A stretch of 64,000 nucleotides of DNA from Oscillospiraceae bacterium (lineage in GTDB: Bacteria > Bacillota > Clostridia > Oscillospirales > Oscillospiraceae). Under the pieces are notes generated by a model. It was not told the origin of the DNA and did not search any database. It saw nothing but the letters and a program-made list of their open reading frames with translations. Of this stretch, positions 28,132 through 36,059 are shown in pieces. The first letter of the stretch is position 1, and each line of letters opens with the position of its first letter. Both the position numbers and the translations under genes were made by a program. The stretch spans positions 8,771 to 72,770 of the forward strand of contig SVLT01000010.1 in NCBI GenBank assembly GCA_015067845.1, written 5' to 3'.

Positions 28132-28423
28132 ATTCCATTACGTGTTCCAGACCCATCTGCAAAATGGTGCGCACATGGTCATCTGCCAGGGAGTAGAGGG
28201 CGTTTTTGCCATCCCGGCGGACTTTGATCAGGTGCATCTGCTTCAGGATCCGCAGTTGGTGGGAAATGGCGCTCTGGGAAATGTCCAGCGCCTGGGCGAT
28301 GTCACCCACGCATTGCTCTTTGGGAAGCAGCAGCCACAGGATCCGCACCCGGGTGGTATCCCCAAAGGCCTTGAACAGTTCTGCGATTTGCTGGGCTGTG
28401 TCCATAGACAGCATTTGCTCCAT
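28130..28423 (-). CDS. ArsR/SmtB family metalloregulator
   Basis: FKAFGDTTRVRI, CVGDIA, SQSAISHQL, YSLADDHV..EH. Confidence 0.92.
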   Translation of the reverse strand: MEQMLSMDTAQQIAELFKAFGDTTRVRILWLLLPKEQCVGDIAQALDISQSAISHQLRILKQMHLIKVRRDGKNALYSLADDHVRTILQMGLEHVME

Positions 28424-28575
28424 AATGCACCCTCTTTCCTGCTTTTTCTATATTCTAACCCAAAAAACGCAGAAAGGCAAGCCGAAATTCTGCCCGGTTT
28501 GCACTTCCGGGAAAAGAATGCATAAACTGTCCTGTAAGCATTTTGCTTCCTAATTATCTGACGGGAGGTATCCAT

Positions 28576-29409
28576 ATGTCTGAACAATGTCAGGACATCC
28601 TGCGCTGCGATCCCAACGATCTGCGCCAGGCCATGTCCATCCACACCCGGAAGATCACGGACAGCTGCCGTGACAAGGACTGCATTGAGGATTTACGGGT
28701 CTATCTGACCAAGGGCTCCCAGTGCCTGCTGGATACAGCCACCTGCGCCAAGGTGCGGTGCGCGGAATTGCTGTATACCTATATTGATGTAGAGCCGGTG
28801 GCGTTCGACCGCAATCACTACTGCATCGATGTGACATTCTATTACCGCATTTTGGCGGATGCCACCATCGGCACAGCCCGTCCCGCGGCGCTGTACGGTG
28901 TTGCGGTATTTACCAAACGGGCGGTGCTTTGCGGAGAGGACAGCAAGGCCCACATTTTCCGGTCCGATACCCGTTTGTGTGGCGCGGATGGCCACACCCG
29001 TGTCTACGCCAACCGCCCCACCGCTGTGGTGGAAGTGCTGGATCCCATGGTGCTCAGCTCCAAGGTCCGGGATGTGTGCGAGTGCAAGTGCCGGGATGAT
29101 GGCACTTTGCAGCTGCCCGGGCCCATTTGCGAGATGTTCGACGATGAGCTGGTGATCTCCGGGGAGAGCAAGCGGCTGTATGTCACCCTGGGGCAGTTCT
29201 CCATCATCCGTCTGGAACGGGATGCCCAGCTGATCGTGCCGGTGCTGGATTACGCAATTCCCACCAAGGAATGCTGCGATGCTCCCGGCTGCACAGAGGA
29301 TCCTTGCGAGATGTTCTCCCGGATCCCGTTCCCGGCGGCCCAGTTCGCTCCCAGCGGCTGTGACCGCCAAGGGGAGGACGGCCAAAGCTGCACTTATAAG
29401 ACCACCTAA
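28576..29409 (+). CDS. Cysteine-rich protein, probable spore coat/exosporium component
   Basis: 20 Cys in 277 aa; sigK-like CAC-16bp-CATAAACT upstream (28502-28528). Confidence 0.55.
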   Translation: MSEQCQDILRCDPNDLRQAMSIHTRKITDSCRDKDCIEDLRVYLTKGSQCLLDTATCAKVRCAELLYTYIDVEPVAFDRNHYCIDVTFYYRILADATIGTARPAALYGVAVFTKRAVLCGEDSKAHIFRSDTRLCGADGHTRVYANRPTAVVEVLDPMVLSSKVRDVCECKCRDDGTLQLPGPICEMFDDELVISGESKRLYVTLGQFSIIRLERDAQLIVPVLDYAIPTKECCDAPGCTEDPCEMFSRIPFPAAQFAPSGCDRQGEDGQSCTYKTT

Positions 29410-29440
29410 TGAAAAGCCCCCTCATCCGAGGGGGCCAAAA

Positions 29441-29667
29441 GCCTTCCCCTGGGGGAAGGTGGATTTTAAGCCCGACCAAACTTGGTCGGGCTTAAAAGAC
29501 GGATGAGGGTAATAACCGCCAACGACGAAAGAAGCACCCAGAGCGAGTGGCTGCGGTCGGTGAGCGACGCAGGCGTTTACGCCAAGGAGAGCACCGGATA
29601 CCGCAACAGGAATGTAACAATCCCCCAGTCAGCTTCGCTGACAGCCCCCTTTACACAAGGGGGCCTT
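29441..29667. repeat. Structured inverted-repeat element, copy D
   Basis: Left CCTTCCCC..GGGGAAGG-TG-hairpin-CGGATGAGG; right GTCAGC..GCTGAC-A-GCCCCCTT..AAGGGGGC. Confidence 0.7.
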
Positions 29668-29668
29668 T

Positions 29669-29902
29669 TTATAGCCCAAGGTCGAAAATATCCTCAAAGC
29701 GCACCTTGAGAATTTCTTTGATCAAAATGACCTCATCGGGGTATAGATGCCGCTGACCGACCTCAATTTTGGCCACAGCACTCCGGGTGATATCGCAACC
29801 GCTCAGTTGAAGCTTTGTGGCCAGGAGTTCCTGGGTCATACCTTTGCGTTCCCGGAGCATTCGGATATTTTGCCCCACGCGTTTTTCAATTTCTGCGTTC
29901 AT
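29669..29902 (-). CDS. XRE family HTH regulator
   Basis: IRMLRERKGMTQELLA..ITRSAVAKIEVGQR. Confidence 0.9.
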   Translation of the reverse strand: MNAEIEKRVGQNIRMLRERKGMTQELLATKLQLSGCDITRSAVAKIEVGQRHLYPDEVILIKEILKVRFEDIFDLGL

Positions 29903-29915
29903 TGTCAAGCCACCC

Positions 29916-30003
29916 CTTTGCACCTATTTAAGAACAAAAAATACTTGACATTATTATAGGTTGATGTTATGATTTCTTTGCACCTATATAGGTGCAAAGA
30001 AAT
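29916..30003 (+). promoter_or_regulatory. sigmaA promoter, 32-bp perfect palindrome and a half-site copy
   Basis: TTGACA(29945)-17-TATGAT(29968); ATTTCTTTGCACCTAT|ATAGGTGCAAAGAAAT 29972-30003; CTTTGCACCTAT again at 29916-29927. Confidence 0.8.
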
Positions 30004-30019
30004 AGAAAGAAGGGTTTGT

Positions 30020-30520
30020 ATGGGATATTGTACGAAATGTGGAAAAGAAATCACAGAAGAAGTGATCTGTCCGAATTGCGGATGCGAAACAGGTCTCGAA
30101 ATCCAAGAGAATCGTGTTGAGCCTAAAAAACGTATCAGTACGAAGAAGATTATTTTGATTGTTGTTGCGGCAGTTGCTTTGGTGGCGGCAATTATCGCAG
30201 GATTGTCTATATGGAATCATATTCGTATAGAGCAAGTCAAGGAGCAACTTGCGGGCAAGAGATTTGCTTATACAGACGTAGGCTGGTATAGCTCTACTTA
30301 TTGCTACTTTAAGTTTGATGAAGAAGCAAACTGTACGTATTACTACTATTATGGCAATGTCATGGATGAAGGAATAGAATACCAAAGACAGTATGAGATC
30401 AAATTTGAAGATGGAATGGTCTTTTTGGTATGCGGCATTGATACATACGAAATTCAATACGACAGATACGGCGAAATTGAAGGTCTGTATGATATTGATG
30501 AAAAAAAGCTATATGAATAA
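30020..30520 (+). CDS. Zinc-ribbon single-TM protein 1
   Basis: YCTKCG..CPNCG, one TM helix, Tyr-rich C-terminal domain. Confidence 0.8.
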   Translation: MGYCTKCGKEITEEVICPNCGCETGLEIQENRVEPKKRISTKKIILIVVAAVALVAAIIAGLSIWNHIRIEQVKEQLAGKRFAYTDVGWYSSTYCYFKFDEEANCTYYYYYGNVMDEGIEYQRQYEIKFEDGMVFLVCGIDTYEIQYDRYGEIEGLYDIDEKKLYE

Positions 30521-30534
30521 TCGGAGGAATCGGT

Positions 30535-30966
30535 ATGAAGTATTGCGCAAAATGCGGAAAAGAGCTTTTTGATGAGGCGGTAATGTGCCCTGCCTGCGGT
30601 TGTGCGGTTCAGCAGGAAAAGAAAGCGGCCAAGCAAACATATGAGGATGCCATTCACAATGCCAGCACTTTTGTTGCCATTGGTGCGGTGCTGTTAGTGC
30701 TAGGTGTTGTAGTAGGATTGTTTGTCAGTGTGCTGTTTGGTGCGATTTTGTGCTTGGCGGCTGAGTTGGTTGTGCTTGTGCCCAATACAAAGGTACAAAA
30801 AATGTTCAAACAGAATAACAGTCACATTTCTGATAAGAAACAGCTTAAAAATGACGAGAAAGCCGTACGTAAGGAACTGAAAAAGAAAAGCGGTGCTTAT
30901 GCCGCATCTTTTGTGATCGCCGCTGTTGCTTTGGTCGGCGTTATCGTCTTTGCTTTGATGATCTAA
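30535..30966 (+). CDS. Zinc-ribbon membrane protein 2
   Basis: YCAKCGKELFDEAVMCPACG plus about 3 TM segments. Confidence 0.8.
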   Translation: MKYCAKCGKELFDEAVMCPACGCAVQQEKKAAKQTYEDAIHNASTFVAIGAVLLVLGVVVGLFVSVLFGAILCLAAELVVLVPNTKVQKMFKQNNSHISDKKQLKNDEKAVRKELKKKSGAYAASFVIAAVALVGVIVFALMI

Positions 30967-30978
30967 GGAGCGGGAGAT

Positions 30979-31422
30979 ATGAAATTTTGTACCCATTGCG
31001 GCAAGGAGCTTTTTGATGAGGCAGTGATCTGCCCGGGCTGTGGTTGCGCCACCGGTTCGGCGACCGTACAGACAGCCAGTGCTGATTTGGTGCGCAAGTT
31101 GGCAGAAAAGGTCAAAACAAATGGCATTATCTGGCTTGTGATCGGTATTTTACAGATCCTTGCTGGCGTGTTTGCTAACTGGTTTGTGCTGATCGTGGGC
31201 GTGCTGAACGTGGTGTCCTCTGTGCAGGATATGAATTACAGCAAACAGCTTCCGGACAACCCCACCGGCATCATTCAAAAATTTGAGCCGGTCACAGGCC
31301 CGGTCATCACACTGGTTTACAACCTGATTTTTGGTGGTATCATTGGTGTTGTAGGTTCCATTTATTACTTTGTCGGTATTCGTAGCTTTGTGATGGAAAA
31401 CAAAGCGGCCTTTGCGGACTGA
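30979..31422 (+). CDS. Zinc-ribbon membrane protein 3
   Basis: FCTHCGKELFDEAVICPGCG plus 3-4 TM segments. Confidence 0.8.
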   Translation: MKFCTHCGKELFDEAVICPGCGCATGSATVQTASADLVRKLAEKVKTNGIIWLVIGILQILAGVFANWFVLIVGVLNVVSSVQDMNYSKQLPDNPTGIIQKFEPVTGPVITLVYNLIFGGIIGVVGSIYYFVGIRSFVMENKAAFAD

Positions 31423-31427
31423 ATACA

Positions 31428-31458
31428 CAAATCCCGGCCGATGGCCGGGATTTGTTTT
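31428..31458. terminator. Terminator closing the zinc-ribbon operon
   Basis: CAAATCCCGGCC-gat-GGCCGGGATTTG followed by a T run. Confidence 0.8.
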
Positions 31459-31924
31459 ATATTCTTGGTCGGATCAGCGGTGGGATGTGTGTTTCGCTGA
31501 CAGGCACCGGGTCGCTGGGCATCATGCCAAACAGACCGCTGAGGGTCAGAGCCTTTTGGGAATCGATCAGCTTCCATGGGCCGCCGTCGATGCGCATATA
31601 CTGATCCGCCCGTTGCTCGTATAGATGCTGGCTTCCATCGGAGTAGATGACATAAATATCAAAAATCCGCCCGGCGGCCTGTTCCGGATCTTCCTTGGGC
31701 GTGCCGTAGGGGTCGATATAACGAAGATACGCCAAAATGTTGCGGATATTTTCTTCCCGGAAAAACTGCCGCTGACTTTGGAGCGCACCGTTTTGATAGC
31801 GGATCTGCACCTGCGTCACCACCCGGTAGGGAACGGTTTCCGGACTGCGAAAAATATTGCAGCAGCCGGTTAAAAGAAAAAGCAACGGCAAGAATAAAAT
31901 AAAAATCCTTCTGAAAACACCCAT
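31457..31924 (-). CDS. Hypothetical lipoprotein, possibly sporulation-expressed
   Basis: LTGC lipobox; GGGAGG RBS; sigE-like CATATTCT upstream (31955-31948). Confidence 0.65.
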   Translation of the reverse strand: MGVFRRIFILFLPLLFLLTGCCNIFRSPETVPYRVVTQVQIRYQNGALQSQRQFFREENIRNILAYLRYIDPYGTPKEDPEQAAGRIFDIYVIYSDGSQHLYEQRADQYMRIDGGPWKLIDSQKALTLSGLFGMMPSDPVPVSETHIPPLIRPRI

Positions 31925-32132
31925 TTTTGTGCCATCCCTCCCAGACTAGAATATGCACAAAATACCCATTTTATCGTAGAAATAATCCGTAAAAAATGCC
32001 ACTATTAGGCATTTTCCTTTATTTTGTCGATGATTTTATTGCAGACAAGCGCAGAAAGTGCGGCGTTTCCCTTGAAAGAGCCAACCATCGTTTTTTATAA
32101 TGCGGATACATTTTACGCAGGGGGGATGGACG

Positions 32133-32828
32133 ATGGAATGCAGATGGAAAATTGCGCTGATTCTGGCCGTGGCGTGGACGCTCTGCGGATGCGCCGGAGA
32201 AAAGACAACAGAGGTTGCTGCATTTCAGACGAATCCCACCCGGGTAACCCATGTTGCCCCTGCGTCCGTGGCGTTTCCCGTTACATTGCCGGACAGCGGC
32301 CTGATCGCGGAGGAATTGCGGCAGTATCGGGGGGCGTACTGGGAGGACGGAAGCGGCGATTATGTGGAGGATGTGGCGGCGTTGATGATCTGCAATCCTA
32401 CGGATCGCATGATCGCCTTTGCGTCCTTTACTGTGGACACGCCCACAGGGAAACTCTATTTTTTTGCCTACCGCTTGCCGCCGAAAAGCCGCTGTCTGGT
32501 GTTGGAGTATAACAGAAAGTCCTGCGATCCGCAAAAAGTGTTAGACTGCCGGGAGCTGACGGTTCGGTGGGATACTCAGGAGTTGTCCCGGGAGGAGGTC
32601 CATTATGTGGGCTTCGGGTCGGCGATGACCATTGTCAATCAGCATTCCCGGGAGTTGGAGAATATAACCGTGTGGTACAAGCAGTATGTGGCGTCGGAGA
32701 ATTATTATTTGGGCGGCGCGGCGTACTCTGCCCACTTGTTCGGCCTGCAGCCGGGTCAGCAGCGCACCGTTACCCCGGAACACTATGATGCCGCCCATTC
32801 CCGGATCGTGGCCATCGAATTGCAATAA
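32133..32828 (+). CDS. Hypothetical lipoprotein
   Basis: Signal peptide with LCGC lipobox. Confidence 0.7.
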   Translation: MECRWKIALILAVAWTLCGCAGEKTTEVAAFQTNPTRVTHVAPASVAFPVTLPDSGLIAEELRQYRGAYWEDGSGDYVEDVAALMICNPTDRMIAFASFTVDTPTGKLYFFAYRLPPKSRCLVLEYNRKSCDPQKVLDCRELTVRWDTQELSREEVHYVGFGSAMTIVNQHSRELENITVWYKQYVASENYYLGGAAYSAHLFGLQPGQQRTVTPEHYDAAHSRIVAIELQ

Positions 32829-32924
32829 CGGCCTGCTTCAGGTAATTTCTTCTTGCAAATGGGAATTGAATTATACGAAAAAATATGATAAAATAGCACA
32901 AAACCATCATATATGGAGGTTCTT

Positions 32925-34298
32925 GTGAATTACGACATAATTATTATTGGCGCAGGTCCCGGCGGTATCTTTTCCGCCTATGAATTAAGCGCGCAAAGGC
33001 CTGATCTTAAGATCGCCGTTTTCGAAGCAGGACATGCTTTGCATAAGCGCAACTGCCCTATTGATGGGGAAAAGATAAAAACCTGTATTGGCTGCAAAAG
33101 CTGTTCCATTATGAGTGGCTTCGGCGGCGCAGGTGCATTTTCCGACGGAAAATACAATATTACCAATGACTTCGGCGGTACATTGCACGAGTATATCGGC
33201 AAGAAGAAAGCGCTTGATCTGATGAAGTATGTGGATGAGATCAATATGCGTTACGGCGGAGAAGGCACAAAACTTTATACAACTGCAGGTTCTGCCTTTG
33301 GTACCGAGTGTATCCGACATGATCTGCATCTTCTGAATGCGTCCGTCCGCCATTTGGGCACGGATATCAATTACGTCGTGCTGGAGAACCTTTTTGCGGA
33401 ACTGGATAAAAAGGTGGAGTTCTTCTTCGATACGCCCGTTGAAAACATTTCTGTGACCGAAGGCGGTTATGAGATCAAGTGCAAGGACGCTTTCTATACC
33501 TGCAAAAAGTGTATTGTCTCCGTTGGCCGTATCGGAAGCAAGTGGATGGAGAAAGTGTGCGGTGAACTGGGCATCCCCACAAATTCCAACAGAGTGGATA
33601 TCGGTGTTCGCGTGGAACTGCCTGCGGAAGTATTTGCCCACATTACCGATGAACTTTACGAGAGCAAGATCGTATACCGCACGGAAAAATACGGCGACAG
33701 AGTTCGTACGTTTTGTATGAATCCCAGGGGTGCGGTGGTAAACGAAAACACGAACGGCATCATTACCGTAAACGGACATAGCTACGAAGACCCCGCAAAG
33801 CAAACGGATAACACAAACTTTGCCCTTTTGGTGGCAAAGCATTTCTCAGAACCGTTTAAGGATTCCAACGGCTACGGCGAGTCCATCGCAAGACTGAGCA
33901 ATATGCTGGGCGGCGGTGTGATCGTACAGCGTTTCGGCGACCTGATCAGAGGCCAGCGCTCCACCGTGAACCGGATCGAGGAGGCGTTTACCACGCCGAC
34001 GCTGAAGGCAACTCCCGGAGATCTGAGTTTGGTGCTCCCCAAGCGAATCCTGGATGGCATTATCGAAATGATCTACGCGTTGGACAAGGTGGCACCTGGT
34101 ACGGCGAACGATGATACGCTTCTTTACGGCGTGGAGGTCAAATTCTACAACATGGAAGTAAACGTGGATGAAAATCTGGAGTCCTGCCACAAGGGGCTTT
34201 ATATCATCGGCGACGGAAGCGGGATCACCCATTCCCTTTCCCATGCTTCCGCAAGCGGTGTCCACGTTGCCAGAAATATTTTACATTGTGGGATTTAA
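32925..34298 (+). CDS. NAD(P)/FAD-dependent oxidoreductase with a Cys cluster
   Basis: IIGAGPGG, C-x9-CIGCKSC, GGAGAFSDGK, GVRVE, RTFCMNP, IGDGSG. Confidence 0.87.
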   Translation: MNYDIIIIGAGPGGIFSAYELSAQRPDLKIAVFEAGHALHKRNCPIDGEKIKTCIGCKSCSIMSGFGGAGAFSDGKYNITNDFGGTLHEYIGKKKALDLMKYVDEINMRYGGEGTKLYTTAGSAFGTECIRHDLHLLNASVRHLGTDINYVVLENLFAELDKKVEFFFDTPVENISVTEGGYEIKCKDAFYTCKKCIVSVGRIGSKWMEKVCGELGIPTNSNRVDIGVRVELPAEVFAHITDELYESKIVYRTEKYGDRVRTFCMNPRGAVVNENTNGIITVNGHSYEDPAKQTDNTNFALLVAKHFSEPFKDSNGYGESIARLSNMLGGGVIVQRFGDLIRGQRSTVNRIEEAFTTPTLKATPGDLSLVLPKRILDGIIEMIYALDKVAPGTANDDTLLYGVEVKFYNMEVNVDENLESCHKGLYIIGDGSGITHSLSHASASGVHVARNILHCGI

Positions 34299-34347
34299 CG
34301 CAAAATCCGACAGTTCACAACGAACTGTCGGATTTTTATATACATAA

Positions 34348-35391
34348 TTATCCGCGCATGATGCGCTTTCTGGCGATATTGATGGGACCCTCCTGCATGT
34401 GATTGATCCATGCAAGGCTCTTGCCGCAGCCGTAAGCTACGCAGGATTCCGCATCGTCGGCAAGGGTGCAGGGAATGCCTGTGGCATCCGTAAGCAGCTT
34501 GTCCATACCCCACAGCTGGCTTCCACCGCCGGTGAGGGTGATGCCGTTTTCGGAAATATCGCTGACCAGCTCCGGAGAAGTGATTTCCAAAACAGACTGG
34601 ACTTCTTCCCAGATCTGCCGGGCAGGCTTGCGCAGGACCTCGTAGATCTCGTCAGAGAACAATGTCACTTCCCGGGGAACGCCGGATTTGGCATCCCGGC
34701 CCTTGGCGGTATAGCTCACATTTTCCCGTTGATAAACGGAACCGATTTGAATTTTTATATCCTCCGCGGTGGCCTGGCCGATGACCAGACTGTGCTTGCG
34801 GCGGACGAAACGGCCGATGGCCTCGTCAAAGGTGCCGCCGGCGACCTTGATGGAGGAGGAAGTGGCAACGCCGTTCAGGGAAAGCACGGCAATGTCCGTT
34901 GTGCCGCAGCCGATGTTGACCACCATGTGGCCCTTGGGGGAGCGCAGATCCAAGCCGGCGCCCATGCCTGCCGCCAGAGGCTCTTCGATCAGATAGACAC
35001 GGCGTGCGCCGGCTTCAATGGCGGCGTTGATCACGGTGCGCTCTTCCACTTCCGTGACGCCGCTGGGAACGCTGATGACCACCCGGGGCTTGGGGGTGAA
35101 CAGGGAAGTCTTGGCAGCTTCCTTAAAGAGCTCCCGGAGCATCTGCACCGTCATTTCGTGGTCGGAGATCACGCCGTCCTTTAACGGATGCATAGCCACC
35201 ACATTGCCGGGGGTACGACCCAGCATATTCCGGGCGGCAGAGCCCACCTGGATGATCTTGCCGGTGTTTTTGTCCACCGCCACCACGGAGGGCTCCCGGA
35301 CGACCACGCCCTTGCCTTCCACGTAGATCAATACATTGGCAGTGCCCAGGTCCACGCCCAGGTCATGAGAAAAAAATTGCATAACATTCAC
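34348..35391 (-). CDS. mreB: Rod shape-determining protein MreB/Mbl
   Basis: DLGTAN, EPSVVA, SGVTEVE, IEEPLAA, LTGGG. Confidence 0.9.
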   Translation of the reverse strand: MNVMQFFSHDLGVDLGTANVLIYVEGKGVVVREPSVVAVDKNTGKIIQVGSAARNMLGRTPGNVVAMHPLKDGVISDHEMTVQMLRELFKEAAKTSLFTPKPRVVISVPSGVTEVEERTVINAAIEAGARRVYLIEEPLAAGMGAGLDLRSPKGHMVVNIGCGTTDIAVLSLNGVATSSSIKVAGGTFDEAIGRFVRRKHSLVIGQATAEDIKIQIGSVYQRENVSYTAKGRDAKSGVPREVTLFSDEIYEVLRKPARQIWEEVQSVLEITSPELVSDISENGITLTGGGSQLWGMDKLLTDATGIPCTLADDAESCVAYGCGKSLAWINHMQEGPINIARKRIMRG

Positions 35392-36059
35392 CTAACTTTG
35401 TTATTTGCCCGGTGCCGTGCAACCGCCATGGCACCGCAATGAACTTCTTTTGCGCCGGCTGTCAGTAACACCCGGGCACATTCCCCGGCAGTTGCACCGG
35501 TGGTAATGATGTCATCCAGAAGGACAACGCGCTTTCCGATGAAAAGCTCCCGGTTTTCCGCCCGGTATGCGCCCAGCACATTGGCGCGCCGCTGGGCATC
35601 GCCCACGATGCGGGATTGGGGACGGTTGTGGCGGATCTTGGTCAGGAGCGCAACCGGCTTGATCTCCAATTCCTGTCCGACCCAATACGCCAGCAATTCC
35701 ACCTGGTCGTAACCCCGGAAGAATTTGCGCAGAGGACTGATGGGCACCCATGTGAGCAGATCAAATCCATCGGGATGGGCTTCCTGCAGCTTCATGGCAA
35801 GCAGTCTGCCGTAGCCCGGGGCATAACTCCGTGCGCCCCGGAATTTGTAGCGGAGCAGACTGTGCCTTGCGTTGTCTTCATAATACCAAACTGCTGTCCA
35901 ACTGTCAATAAAGGGCAGCTTTTTTCGATAATTTGTACATTCCGGGCCGTCCGTCCGACACATTTTGCACAAATCCAGTTCTTCGTCCCGCAGCACCTTT
36001 CTGCACAGCAGGCATTTGGGCGGAAACAAAAGCCGCAATATCCAATCCAGAATACCCAT
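35388..36059 (-). CDS. comF: ComF family protein (zinc finger plus PRTase)
   Basis: FPPKCLLC..CKMC, RGYDQ, LLDDIITTGAT. Confidence 0.9.
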   Translation of the reverse strand: MGILDWILRLLFPPKCLLCRKVLRDEELDLCKMCRTDGPECTNYRKKLPFIDSWTAVWYYEDNARHSLLRYKFRGARSYAPGYGRLLAMKLQEAHPDGFDLLTWVPISPLRKFFRGYDQVELLAYWVGQELEIKPVALLTKIRHNRPQSRIVGDAQRRANVLGAYRAENRELFIGKRVVLLDDIITTGATAGECARVLLTAGAKEVHCGAMAVARHRANNKVR

